Source: an uncultured Planctomycetaceae bacterium (GTDB lineage Bacteria; Planctomycetota; Planctomycetia; Planctomycetales; Planctomycetaceae). From it: a DNA stretch of 64,000 bases. The DNA is taken from assembly GCA_963813715.1 (NCBI GenBank), contig CAWFAK010000017.1, positions 384,001 through 448,000 of the forward strand, in the 5' to 3' direction. Positions within the stretch are counted from its first letter, which is position 1. Every line of letters starts with the position of its first letter. Shown here in pieces: positions 1-11,512 of this stretch. Both the position numbers and the translations under genes were made by a program. The notes below the pieces were generated by a model. The model made no database searches and was not told the origin of the DNA. It was given only the letters and a program-made list of their open reading frames with translations.

Positions 1-1289
1 AAAAGCCTGTATTCGGGTCGCGCACGAAACAGGCTAATGTGCCCGAGGCGGTTGCAGTCGCATAAGCGCTGCGGCCGTCCGGGCTGACAATGATCTTGTT
101 ACCGCCCACAAAATCGCGGAATCCGTTCTCGTTATTCAGAAACTGTTGGGCAACGCTTACGGTTCCATCGTCGCTTATGTGGAAGACGCCGATGCCTCCC
201 GTTTTTCCAAAATTGCCTGCGGCCGTGTAGAGAAACTGGTGGTCGGGACTGAGGGTCGCCGAACTCACGTCTTCAAGGCATTTCACGCCCGACTCTCCTT
301 GCCGACAAACCATTGCAACGCCAATAAATCCGGACCGCGGATCGCGCCGGCAGACCACGAGCGTTCCGGCGCGATGGCTGGTGACAAACAGCGTTCGTCC
401 ACTCGGATGACAGAGAACTCCCCGCGCCGGCAAAGCACCCGTCTTGACCGACATCCGAGTCGACCCAATGCAGTCCTCCGTGAGCAGCCACCCGAAGGAT
501 CGTCACCTCGCCTCCCGGTGGCGTTTGGTCTCGGTTCCTCCCCGGCTGGTGCGAGTCGGCAACGTAGATGAACTTGAAATCAGGGCTTACGGCCACATCG
601 ACAGGCCAGTTCAATCCAGTGGATTCCTCGTCGCCGGACGTGAACACGCTTTCAATTTCCAAGTGTCCGGTCGCCGGTGTCCGCCTGAAAAGCACGGCGG
701 TTTTTGCATGACACGCACACGCTACAGCGCGCTGGCCGTCTCCAAAAATTCGGAAGGCGGTCGTGCCCCCGAGCCTTGGGTCGGTTATCGTCTGTTGATG
801 TTTGAGGTGGCCGCCGGCATCAATTGCAAATTGAGCGATCGACCCAGCCCGGAACGACGCGGAATACAGCCATTTTCCGTCGCTACTGACCTGTACGTCA
901 CAGATTCCTTCGAGATCGTCACGTCGGACAAAATCGACCATTCGCAGAACGCCCGCGCTTCCGACGACCGGCGCTGAAGAGGCCGGACCACTGAATTTTC
1001 CGGATTCGCGGACAAGCTTCTCCATACCACGCCGGAGCTCTCCAAACTCGGACTCCAAAACGGTTATTTGTTTCTTCAACTCGCTTCGCTCGCCCTCCAG
1101 CACTTTGAGGCGTTGCTCGACCGCCATTACGCGACGCTCGTGGTCGGCATCATTCGGTGAAAGTCCCGGTGGAGATGCGCTGACGCTGCCGGCTAGAGCC
1201 GCGACGATAATCCCGACTACTGTGATGTTGCTGAGCCGCGTCCGCCGAGAAATGCCCAAGGCGAGCGGACATTCGTGTCGCTTCTGCAT
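1..1289 (-). CDS. Secreted lactonase-family (6-phosphogluconolactonase-like) beta-propeller protein with N-terminal coiled coil; runs off the left edge; one frameshift near 425
   Basis: ORF 273..1376 has a signal-like hydrophobic stretch, a coiled coil and repeated blade motifs (VSSDGKWLY, VSPDFKFIY). Another frame continues to base 1 with the same blade motifs (LSPDHQFLY, VSPDGRSAY). RBS AAGGAG lies 7 nt before the ATG at 1289. Confidence 0.7.
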
Positions 1290-1868
1290 TTCCATTCTCC
1301 TTGCGAAAAGCCTGGTGAATCGAGAATTTCGGCCGCCTCCGCATGCTTGAGAAGCGTCGTCGACAAACGCCGGCAAAGCCGATTAACTGCGGGGCAGACT
1401 CTTCTCGCGACAGCGCTCCGGGTCGCGGATGCATGAATGGCTATTTTCGGCCAACGCTCTCCGACGTGAACCGCACGAGCAACGCCAAGGATAAGAAGAA
1501 ATCAGTGGAAAAACGACGATTAAGAAACAAGTTCTAATCTCAAACCTTTTTTCGGACACACCGAAAAACCACCCATTTTCCGGACCGGGCCAGTGTGTCC
1601 CGAAAAAAAACTTCAAGACGATTTCCGGGATCCGGCACATCAAAGCGACATTTCTCAACCGCGCCGAAAATGGCGGTTCGTGGCCCACCGCCGGCTTCGG
1701 TGGAAATACAGGTGGTCCGAGTCCCGTTTAGGCAGGCGGATCATGGCTCGTCAAGTGTGTCGCTGCTGCTGAGAGCTCCTTTCGGGCAGACGATCCGTTC
1801 TTGTAGAGTCTCAATGAAACCAACGCCGATGTTGCGGAGTAGGCGTAACCGTTCTTAACTTCGCGAAC

Positions 1869-2702
1869 ATGATCGACCATCCCTCCAATACTGGCCAAAG
1901 TCCGGACGTTGACCCCGGGTACCGCCTCGCCGCGCAGGGACGTCGGGATGTTGAGGAGAAACGGCTAGGGCTGCTGGAGCAGCTTTTTGATCCGGACTCG
2001 CGCCAACGGCGGGACTTGGTCCGACCTGGCTGGCGCTGTCTCGAAGTTGGGGCCGGCCGGGGATCGATGGCGGTTTGGCTGGCAGAGAAAGTCGGCGCGA
2101 GCGGCCAGGTTGTGGCGACCGATGTCGATACAACTTATCTCGAGCGACTGAATGTTCCCAACCTCGAAGTGCGGCGACATAACATTCTCGACGACTCGCT
2201 GGAAAGCCTCGGTCGCGGCTCATTCGATCTGGTCAGCTCGCGTCTGATGCTCTTTTGGCTGGCCGGGAGACAAGAGACGGCTATTCGGCGCATGGTGGAA
2301 TGCTTGCGTCCCGGTGGTTGGCTCGTCGACGAGGACGGAGACTGGGGAATGGTCGGGCCGGTTGATCCCACTCATCGACACTACGGCGACGCCTTTAATG
2401 AATGGTGGTCGTCCCGCGGCTATGATCCTACCTTCGGGCGGAAGCTGCCGGCGCTCTTCGAGCGCTGCGGGCTACAGAACATCCGTCACGAGGCAAGTGC
2501 CCAGGTGGTGCGGGGAGGCAGTCCGTGGGCGTGCTGGTGGAAGCAGACTCTGGAGGGGATCCGCGCCAACGAGGATGCGGCGGGCAGTTTGACGAGGGCA
2601 CGAGAACAGGAGTACCAGCAACTGATGGCCCCCTTCACGGACACCTCTGTGTGGTTACTCAGCGAATTGCTCCATGCCTGCTGGGGCCAACGGTTGCAAT
2701 AA
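1869..2702 (+). CDS. Class I SAM-dependent methyltransferase
   Basis: Motif I CLEVGAGRG, VVATD, SFDLV, LRPGGWL. Confidence 0.9.
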   Translation: MIDHPSNTGQSPDVDPGYRLAAQGRRDVEEKRLGLLEQLFDPDSRQRRDLVRPGWRCLEVGAGRGSMAVWLAEKVGASGQVVATDVDTTYLERLNVPNLEVRRHNILDDSLESLGRGSFDLVSSRLMLFWLAGRQETAIRRMVECLRPGGWLVDEDGDWGMVGPVDPTHRHYGDAFNEWWSSRGYDPTFGRKLPALFERCGLQNIRHEASAQVVRGGSPWACWWKQTLEGIRANEDAAGSLTRAREQEYQQLMAPFTDTSVWLLSELLHACWGQRLQ

Positions 2703-3099
2703 GTCCTAGATTCCGTGTTCGGAGCAGTAACGTCGAGGATTTCTCGCTGTCCCCGACGAACGATCTGGTGGAGTCGTGCGCTGTTGAGCGGAGACTCAGC
2801 CCCAGCCAGTTTCCGCACTTCGTCGTTCGTCGGTGGTGATCAACGATCGCAGCTTCTCCGGCGGCATATGTTTGCCGCGAACTTTCGGGCATCTAGCTCC
2901 GACGGGATCATTCGACGCCAACAACTCAACCGTTTCCCGGACGTGCGAAAAACGACCCTATTGCGGGAGAAGGCGCTCGTCGTCGTGCGCTTTGTCCGGT
3001 TCCAGACAACTACCGCTCCGGTCTGGTGACGACGGAGTTTCAGAAACTCGTCGTATTCGGGACTGTCCATTTGAGGAACGATTTTCGGAGTTCGTGGAT

Positions 3100-4554
3100 T
3101 CAAAACTCGACCTGGTATTTCTTGGTCATCTTGCGACGGATGTCCCCCAAGCCGTTATTCATGGCTTGCAGGCCGCGGGTGCGGTTTTGGCTGCTGGCGT
3201 TATTCGCCTGGATCTGCATGACCGGATACTGCTGGGCCGAGGAATAACCGCCTCCGTCGTAGTAGTTGCCATACGACGCGATTGCTGCGACTTGATTGGC
3301 GGAATTCGCGCGACCGACGTTTCGACCCTGCTCCGCGGTTTCGCGGAGGGCCTTGGCCGTGTTGGCGCCGAAAGCCAGCAGCTCGTCATCGACGTGCAGA
3401 ATCGGCATGTTATCGATCTTGCGCGCGGTCTTTTCGTACCAGAGGGTCTTGGCATCGGTCGTCAAACCGGTCCGCAGATCATCGAGCAGCTTTTCCAACG
3501 TCTTGAAATAGCGCAGCGACGCGTCCAAGGTGGCCTTCATCGGATCGACCTTGCTTTCCGACTCCTTGGCCAGCGTGCTGAACTTCGAGGTGGGCAGCTC
3601 GAGGAAGCTCGAGATCTGCCTCAATCCCTTTTCGCTCAGCATGCCGCGAAACACGATCGTGTCCCCATCGAAGGAGACCTTCCAGGCCGACATATCCTCG
3701 ATGGGCATCCCCAGACGACTCATCGCCGTCGCGATCAGGTCCTTGGCAATCGGCTTGATGGCGCGAATGCTGGATCCGAAGTCGATCCGCACTTCGGTCA
3801 GCGGCTGGCTCTGGAAGTTGATCGCGACAGTCACTCCCTTAAGACTCGACAGAATTCCGGCCACCACCATCGGACTGATGTTTTTGCCCTCGAGTATGTT
3901 CGTCTCTTTGAGCGCTCGGTCGAGCCGATGCGGCTGCGCCACGTTCGACAAGTCGACGGCCATCACAATCTGGCCTGCGCTGCGGAGCTTTTTCGTCGCC
4001 GCCTTGAGGTAAGGAGAGACTGGCGAGAGCTGCCCGGTTTTTCCCAGATCGATCAACCGCGCGGCGGCCTGCCGATCGTCCGGGTACACGATGCCGAGGA
4101 TTTGGCTGTCCAATTGGATGCAATAGGCGTGGCTGGGCGTCCAGACGACGGGCGTGGAATCGATTGAATCCTGGTAGCCCCCTTCCGCGCGGGCGATGGT
4201 ATTCATCGGAACCGGAGTCGCCAGGTCGACAATCGCGACTTCCCAATTCGAGCGCAGGTTGTTGAGCGGATCGAGATGCGAGGCGAGGATGAATCGCTTG
4301 GCTTCGGGAGGCAACAGGATCGGCTGCTCGCTCCACTTCCGCTCGAACGTCGCCTTCCAGCCCTGTTTGATCGCCATCGGGCTCTCATAAAAGCTGTCGA
4401 CGTCGATCAGGACCAGCGAGTTGGCCCCGCCGGGAACCCGGGCCATCAAATCGTTGAACTGCCCGAATGTCGTCTTCGCGCCGAGGAGCAGAAGAATCGC
4501 ACAGAGCGGAACGCAGACCTTCAAGTGTTGAACGCGCATATCGTCGGCCTTCAA
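3100..4554 (-). CDS. Secreted hypothetical protein
   Basis: 484-aa ORF with host-like codon usage and an N-terminal signal peptide (LCAILLLLGAKTTFG-QF); no domain recognised. Confidence 0.75.
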   Translation of the reverse strand: MKADDMRVQHLKVCVPLCAILLLLGAKTTFGQFNDLMARVPGGANSLVLIDVDSFYESPMAIKQGWKATFERKWSEQPILLPPEAKRFILASHLDPLNNLRSNWEVAIVDLATPVPMNTIARAEGGYQDSIDSTPVVWTPSHAYCIQLDSQILGIVYPDDRQAAARLIDLGKTGQLSPVSPYLKAATKKLRSAGQIVMAVDLSNVAQPHRLDRALKETNILEGKNISPMVVAGILSSLKGVTVAINFQSQPLTEVRIDFGSSIRAIKPIAKDLIATAMSRLGMPIEDMSAWKVSFDGDTIVFRGMLSEKGLRQISSFLELPTSKFSTLAKESESKVDPMKATLDASLRYFKTLEKLLDDLRTGLTTDAKTLWYEKTARKIDNMPILHVDDELLAFGANTAKALRETAEQGRNVGRANSANQVAAIASYGNYYDGGGYSSAQQYPVMQIQANNASSQNRTRGLQAMNNGLGDIRRKMTKKYQVEF

Positions 4555-4672
4555 ATCAAGGAGTGGTGTCGCAAAGGAAATGGAGGAGCCGGTCTGTGTC
4601 GGAATTTGATTCTAATCCCGAAAAACCTCCGAAGGAACGAGCAGCGGCCGATGGTTCTGCGGCCGCCGCCGG

Positions 4673-5302
4673 CTAGCGGCGTTTCTCGAATTCACCGCGG
4701 GTCTGGTCGCTGATGAAGTAGTACGTTTTGCCGCCCTGCTCGAGCTTCGATTGGGCAAACACCTTCGGAAACCGGACGTTGGCCACCGGGTCCGTGACCA
4801 TGTGATCCCGGTTGTATTCATCGGTGAAGTGGATCGTGGCGTAGGTCTGCGCGAACTCGATGAGTCGATCATCGAGCCAGGCTTCGACGGTTGGCCGATC
4901 CACCTTGTCGAGCGGGATCTGCAGCTCGGCATGCTGATTGTACTTGACGAATATCGGCAAGATTTCCAGATCGTAGGTGAGCACAAGATTGTGGATATCG
5001 GTGTCGTGGGAAGCCGAGAGGCGCAGCCGCACGCGGGCGACCGGCGTCTGAAAATTGAGCAGAACGCTCTTGCCGTCGGCGTCTTCGATCGGATGCCCGT
5101 CGAATTTGCAGTGCTCGCCAAGCTTTTCGAGGCGCACCTGCGCCACTCCCCGCAGGTCCTCCATCACGCGACGAAAGGTCTGATAGCGTTCGGTGCGCGA
5201 CTGGTATGCTTGTTGAATTTCGCTCTGCTTTTGCTCGACCTTTGTCCGGGCTGCGGCCACTTGTTCGTCGAGCCGTTTCAAAAACGTGCTGAGGTCGGCC
5301 AT
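4673..5302 (-). CDS. YHS-domain protein with N-terminal coiled coil
   Basis: C-terminal VTDPVANV...GGKTYYFISDQTRGEF is the YHS pattern, with the usual Cys residues replaced; RBS GGGAG before the ATG at 5302. Confidence 0.8.
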   Translation of the reverse strand: MADLSTFLKRLDEQVAAARTKVEQKQSEIQQAYQSRTERYQTFRRVMEDLRGVAQVRLEKLGEHCKFDGHPIEDADGKSVLLNFQTPVARVRLRLSASHDTDIHNLVLTYDLEILPIFVKYNQHAELQIPLDKVDRPTVEAWLDDRLIEFAQTYATIHFTDEYNRDHMVTDPVANVRFPKVFAQSKLEQGGKTYYFISDQTRGEFEKRR

Positions 5303-5328
5303 GGTAGTTCTCCCTAGGCCCGCGTCGG

Positions 5329-6150
5329 TCAAAAAGGTTCGGGAATGTACTTGAACGGGTACTCGGGCTCGCGATAGTCCTTGGCTTTCTGCCGTTTGGG
5401 CAGCTCGACCTTGTCGCGCGGAGCTTTTTCGTAAGGGATGTGACTGAGAAGATGTTTGATGATGTTCAGCCGGGCCCGCTTCTTGTCGTCGGAACGGACG
5501 ACGAACCAGGGCGCCCAGGGTGTGTCGGTCGCGGCGAACATGCCGTCTCGCGCCCGCGAATAGTCGAACCAGCGGCTGTACGATTCGAGATCCATCGGCG
5601 AGAGCTTCCAGGTTTTTCGCCCGTCCTGGATCCGCGCTTCGAGCCGCCGCGTCTGCTCCTCGGGACTGACCTCCAGCCAGTATTTGAGTAGCACGATTCC
5701 GGAGTCGACCATCGCTTTCTCGACGAGAGGCGTGATCTTTAGGAACCGCTCGACCTGCTCCTCGGGACAGAATCCCATCACCCGCTCGACCCCGGCGCGG
5801 TTGTACCAGCTGCGATCGAAGATCACGACTTCGCCGCCGGCCGGAAAGTGCGGCACGTAGCGCTGCAGGTACATCTGCGATTTTTCACGCTCGGTCGGAG
5901 CTGGTAAGGCCACCACACGGAAGACGCGCGGGCTCACTCTCTCCGTGATGGCCTTGATCGTGCCTCCCTTTCCGGCGCCGTCACGCCCTTCGAAAACGAT
6001 GCAGACCTTGAGGCCTTTGTGTTTGACCCATTCTTGGAGCGTGACGAGTTCGACGTGAAGCTGCTTGAGCTGCCGCAGGTACTCCTTGCCTTTGAGCTTC
6101 TCTGGCTTGGCTGAGTCAGCCTGCCGTTTGTCGTTGTGTCCCATGGTCAC
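5329..6150 (-). CDS. ppk2: Polyphosphate kinase 2 (class I-like)
   Basis: FEGRDGAGKGG Walker A, FDRSWYNRAGVERVMGF, WKLSPMD, SDDKKRARLN. Confidence 0.95.
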   Translation of the reverse strand: MTMGHNDKRQADSAKPEKLKGKEYLRQLKQLHVELVTLQEWVKHKGLKVCIVFEGRDGAGKGGTIKAITERVSPRVFRVVALPAPTEREKSQMYLQRYVPHFPAGGEVVIFDRSWYNRAGVERVMGFCPEEQVERFLKITPLVEKAMVDSGIVLLKYWLEVSPEEQTRRLEARIQDGRKTWKLSPMDLESYSRWFDYSRARDGMFAATDTPWAPWFVVRSDDKKRARLNIIKHLLSHIPYEKAPRDKVELPKRQKAKDYREPEYPFKYIPEPF

Positions 6151-6611
6151 GACCTATGGCTTAGGTTCTTACATCACCACTCGGCTTTCGCCGTTGAAAG
6201 CGATGCGACTTCCGGGATGCGAGCGGACGGAAGCAGTGAAACCCACGCTTCAAGACGGGGAATCGCGGGGTCTGACTTTGGCTGCCGCCGACCGGAACTT
6301 TTCTTTTTTCAGGAAACTCAATTATTTGACGTGCGAATCACATTGCGAGGTCTTAATATACAGCAACCCTTCTGCAACTTCCTCAAATTTCGTCCGAAGG
6401 ACGGAGTTTTGGGACTCGCGCCGATCCACTCGACAGAGCTCACGGAGTTCGAGACTCGTCGACTGCACGTGTCGCTGAGACCGAGCGCGATTCTTCGGTG
6501 AGAAAGAGTTGCGGTTTTCGGTCGCGTTTGCTTGCGGGACTGAAGCGGCATTTGCTCGCTGACATTTGCGTTCTGGGCCGAACGGACTTTTGCTTACGGG
6601 ACCGACCGCAC

Positions 6612-7844
6612 ATGAAACGGCGCGAAATCAACGTGGCGTGGTGCTTGTTGTTTCCCGCACTGCTGGCGCTCGTCGGCTGCGATCAGTCGCAGGCCGATTC
6701 CGCAGCGCAGCCCACACCGACGGTTGTCGTCGTCAGCCCTCCGGTCGAGGAATCCGTCGTCGACTCGGTCGACTACACGGGGCGAACCGATTCGGCGGAA
6801 ACCGTCGAGATTCGGGCTCGTGTGACGGGTTTCCTCAACGCGGTCCTCTTCAAGGACGGGGACGAGGTCCAAAAGGGCCAGCCGCTCTATGAGATCGACG
6901 ACCGCGAGTTTCAGGCCGACCTGGCCGCGGCCAAAGCCCAGCGCGACACGGCCCTGGCTCATCAAGAAAAAGTGACTCTCGACTTTAATCGTGCCGAGGC
7001 CCTGAAGACAAAAGGCGCCATCACCGCTGCCCAGTACGACCAGGCGCTTGCCGACAAGAAGGAGGCGGACGCTCAGGTCGAGTCGGCCAAGGCCAAAATG
7101 GATCGTGCGCAGCTCAACGTCGATTTCTCGAAGATCGCGGCGCCGATTAGTGGAAAGATCAGCCGCAGTGACTTGACCGTCGGGAACCTGGTCGACGCCA
7201 ACAAAACCGTGCTGACGACGATCGTCTCGGTCGATCCGATCGACGTCTATTTCGACGTCGACGAGCGGACCTTTTTGACCCTCATGCAGCAGGTCCGGGA
7301 AGGCAAACTCGAGGGGGGAAAGGAACAGGTGATCCCGGTCTATTTGGGGCTCACGACGGACAAAGGTTACCCGTTCAAAGGGAGAATCGACTTCGTCGAA
7401 AATCGGGTCAATCCGGCGACAGGCACGATCCGCACGCGGGGGACCTTTCCCAATCCCAAGCCCCCGGTGGGACGGCGCGTCTTGGAAGCCGGCCTGTTCG
7501 CGCGGATTCGCGTCCCCATCGGCCAGCCCAAGCCGACATTGCTCGTTGCGGACCGTGCGATCGGCACGGACCAGGCACGCAAGTTCGTGTACGTCGTCAA
7601 CGACAAGAACGAAGTTGTCTTCCGACCGGTGCAGCTCGGCCCGATGCACGAGGGACTGCGGGCGATTAGCGAAGGCCTAGCCGCCGGCGAGCGGGTGATT
7701 ATCGACGGGCTGCAACGGGTGCGCCCCGGAGTGATTGTCGCCCCGACTCTCGGAGACATGCGCAGCCGACCGGGAGAGTCCATCGCCGCCCGGAAGAATC
7801 AAGATCGGGAAGAGGCGAAAGACTCGTCGGGCAGTCGCCACTAG
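6612..7844 (+). CDS. RND efflux periplasmic adaptor (AcrA/MexE-like lipoprotein)
   Basis: Lipobox LVGC, VEIRARVTG, IAAPISG, GERVIIDGLQRVRPG. Confidence 0.93.
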   Translation: MKRREINVAWCLLFPALLALVGCDQSQADSAAQPTPTVVVVSPPVEESVVDSVDYTGRTDSAETVEIRARVTGFLNAVLFKDGDEVQKGQPLYEIDDREFQADLAAAKAQRDTALAHQEKVTLDFNRAEALKTKGAITAAQYDQALADKKEADAQVESAKAKMDRAQLNVDFSKIAAPISGKISRSDLTVGNLVDANKTVLTTIVSVDPIDVYFDVDERTFLTLMQQVREGKLEGGKEQVIPVYLGLTTDKGYPFKGRIDFVENRVNPATGTIRTRGTFPNPKPPVGRRVLEAGLFARIRVPIGQPKPTLLVADRAIGTDQARKFVYVVNDKNEVVFRPVQLGPMHEGLRAISEGLAAGERVIIDGLQRVRPGVIVAPTLGDMRSRPGESIAARKNQDREEAKDSSGSRH

Positions 7845-7881
7845 CAACGCAGCTCGGAAAACAGCAGGGACGGTCGCAGCA

Positions 7882-10800
7882 ATGGCTCGGTTCTTCATCG
7901 ATCGACCTGTCCTCGGCGTGGTGATCTCCGCCGTGATTCTGTTGGCCGGTCTCGCGGCGGTGAAGACGCTGCCGATCGCCCAATACCCCGAGATCACACC
8001 GCCGACCGTGCAGGTGTCCTGCACGTACCCCGGTGCGAGTGCGAAAGTCGTTCGCGATACCGTCGCCGCTCCGATCGAACAGCAGGTCAACGGCGTCGAG
8101 CACATGCTCTACATGTCGTCACAGTCGACTAACGACGGTGGCTACAACCTGACGGTGACGTTCCAGCTCGGCACCAATCTCGACATGGCCCAGGTGCTGG
8201 TGCAGAATCGCGTTGCCCTGGCGATGCCGCAGCTTCCCGAGGCGGTGAAGGCGACTGGCGTTTCCACCAAAAAGAAGTCGCCGAGCATCCTGCTCGTGGT
8301 GAACTTCACGTCCGGCGAGGATCCCAAGACTCACAAGCCGCTGTTCAGCCAGCTTGAGCTGAGCAACTTCGCCACGATCAAAATCCGCGACGATTTGGCG
8401 CGGCTCGACGGCGTGGGGGACGTGGCCTACATGGGCCAGCAGGACTACAGCATGCGGGTCTGGCTGAATCCCGAAAAGCTGGCGACGAGAAACCTCACGG
8501 CAGGCGACATTGTCAACGCGCTCAAAGAGCAAAACGTCCAAGTGGCTGCTGGGCAAATTGGGCAGCAACCCGTCCCGGCGGGGCAGGATTTCCAGTACAC
8601 CCTGAGCACGTTGGGGCGACTCGTCGACCCGCAGGAGTTCGAACAAATCGTCGTGAAGGCGGGCCCCACGGGCCAGGTCGTTCGCCTCAAGGACGTTGCG
8701 GACATCCAGCTGGGGGCCAAGAACCAGGACACGCGCTGCACGCTCGATGGGAATCCGTCAATCGGCCTGGTGCTCTACCAGTTGCCCGGCTCGAATGCGA
8801 TCGACACGGCCAAGAGCATCCGCGCAAAGATGAAGGAACTCGCGGAGGTCCGTTTCCCGCAGGGCATGCATTACGACATCGTCTACGACACGACTCCCTT
8901 CATCCAAGAGTCGGTCTCCGAAGTCTTTCACGCGCTGCGCGATGCGGTGATTCTGGTGGCCATCGTCGTGCTCCTCTTCCTGCAGGACTGGAAGGCGATG
9001 ATCCTGCCGATGATCGACGTGCCCGTGTCGCTCGTCGGCACGTTCGCGGTCATGTATTTGATGGGATTCACGCTGAATAATCTGACCCTCTTCGGCCTGG
9101 TCCTGGCGATCGGAATCGTGGTCGACGACGCGATCGTGGTGCTCGAGGCGGTCGAGACCAAGCTCGCGAAGGGCCTCGATCGCGCACGGCGACGATCGAG
9201 GCGATGGGCGAAATCACCGGTGCGATCATCGCCATTACGCTCGTCTTGTGTTCGGTCTTCCTTCCGAGCGCACTCATCGGCGGGATCAGCGGCCAGTTCT
9301 ATCGGCAATTTGCGTTGACGATCGCCGCGTCGATGGTCATCTCTGCGATCAACGCCATGACCATGACGCCGTCACGGGCTGTCCTGATCTTTCAGAACGC
9401 CCATCACGGCGGCGAAGGTCATGAGGACACCCGCGAAGCACTGCCGTGGTGGGGCTATGCGGCCCTCCTGGGATGGGCCGGCGCCGAGCTTCTCTGGAGC
9501 CGGGCATTGCCCGTCTTGAGTTTGAATACGGAGGGAGACGCGGGGTGGAAGGCCTGGCTCATTTGGCTGGCGTTGTGGATTCCCGGCATCGTTCTCGGGA
9601 CTCTGATCGCGAAGCCCGTGAACCGCATCCTGTCGCGATTCTTTAAGTTGTTCAATCGAGGCTTTGACGCCGTCGCTCACGGGTATGGTCACGTCGTGGG
9701 AGGGAGCCTGCGGATCTCCGTGATCGTGCTGTTGATCTACGGAGGACTGATTGGGCTGACGTACTTCGGCATGACACACATTCCGACCGGATTCATTCCG
9801 GCGCAGGACAAGGGTTACTTGATCGTCGACGTGCAATTGCCCGATTCGGCCTCGCTCGAGCGAACGATCGCCTGCTTGAAGCGCGTGGAAGATAGGGCGC
9901 GAGACACGAAAGGCGTGATTCACACGATCGGAATTCCCGGGCAATCGTTCGTGCTGAATGCCGTGGGATCAAACCTGGGTTCGATGTTCATCATTCTCGA
10001 CGAGTTCGACCATCGGCACGACCACTCGCTGAGCTCGGGCGAGATCGGCCGCCAGCTGCAGAAGGAGTTTTATGCCGACATCGTCGAGGCGCAGGTCGCC
10101 GTCTTCGGTGCGCCGGCGGTCGACGGCTTGGGCAACGCCGGCGGATTCAAATTGATGGTCGAAGATCTCGAGGACCTGCCGCTGGATACGTTGCAGGGAC
10201 AGTCGGAGACCGTAGCCGACAAGGGGAGCAAACTCCCCGGCATCGCCGGCCTGTTCAGCAGTTTCCGCGCGAACGCCCCGCAGCTCTATATCGACATCGA
10301 CCGCACCAAATGCAAGACGATGAACGTCTCGCTCAACGATGTCTTCAACACATTGCAGGTCTTCCTCGGCGGGTATTACGCCAACGACTTCAACCAGTTT
10401 GGACGGACCTGGCAGGTCAACCTTCAGGCGGATGCGCCGTTCCGGCTCAAGGCCGAAGATGTGCGGCAGCTCAAGGTCCGCAATGCGGCCGGCGAGATGC
10501 TGCCGCTGGGAACGGTCGCCACGATCGAGGACATCGGTGGTCCGACGATGATCACGCGCTACAACATGCACACGGCCGCCGCGCTCAACGGGGCCTCCCT
10601 GCCGGGGGTGAGTTCTGGCACCGTGATCTCGAAAATCGGCGGCCTCGCGAAAGAGGAATTGCCCAAGAGCATGACCTACGAGTGGACCGAGCTCACCTAC
10701 CTGCAGCTGTTGGAGGGGTACGCGGCTTACTACGCCTTTGCCGGCGCTGTGGTTCTGGTCTATCTCGTGCTGGCGGCTCAGTATGAGAATTACTCGCTGC

Positions 10801-11297
10801 CCCTGGCGATCATCCTCGTGGTGCCGATGTGCTTGCTCGCCTCGCTCGCCGGTGTGTGGATTGTCAAATCGGACATCAATATCTTCGTCCAGGTGGGCTT
10901 CATCGTTTTGGTGGGTTTGGCGACGAAAAACGCGATTCTGATCGTCGTGTTCGCGAAGGCCAATCAAGACGGCGGGCAGTCGCGATTCGACGCAACCGTC
11001 GCCGCCTGCCGAAGCCGCCTGCGCCCGATCATCATGACGTCGTTCGCATTCATTTTGGGAGTCGTGCCGTTGATGGTCGCGCACGGCGCGGGAGCAGAAA
11101 TGCGGCGCGCACTCGGCACAGCAGTCTTTTCCGGCATGCTCGGAGTCACGCTGTTCGGCATCTTTCTGACGCCCGTCTTCTACTATGTCGTGGAGTGGTT
11201 CGGGCAAACCGACCCGCCGCGAACCGCAACGGGAGAGCCGACGCTTGGGTTAGGCGGCCATCCTGTCCAACCTGAGCCGACAAGTGTCAACGGCTAA
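7882..11297 (+). CDS. RND efflux permease (HAE1, AcrB/MexF-like); one frameshift near 9185
   Basis: [10 protein letters not shown] start, [28 protein letters not shown]; split across ORFs 7735..9318 and 9204..11297. Confidence 0.93.
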
Positions 11298-11452
11298 GGT
11301 GGTGCGCCCGATGCGCATGCGGTCGCCGAATGGGGCATGTGCTTGGGACGAACTCCCGCAGCAAGTTCCCGAAAAGAGCTGTGTCCTTTTTTGTCGACAA
11401 TCCCAAACGGAAATGGCAACGTGGCAGCTCGCCCTCCGTTTGGCGGCGTCGC

Positions 11453-11512
11453 CTTATTTCTGCATGCTTTCCATCCAGGAATAGCGCAGGACGACTTCCG
11501 GGTCGTCGCCGG
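11453..11512 (-). repeat. 60-bp orphan copy of the 3' end of the serine hydrolase gene (16694..16753)
   Basis: 56/60 identical by manual alignment; encodes GDDPEVVLRYSWMESMQK* versus GDDPEVVLRHAWMESMQE*. Confidence 0.9.

Noticed and set aside
2840..3103. Small minus-strand ORF downstream of the secreted protein
   Set aside because: No motif and no clear RBS; cannot be distinguished from non-coding or decayed sequence.
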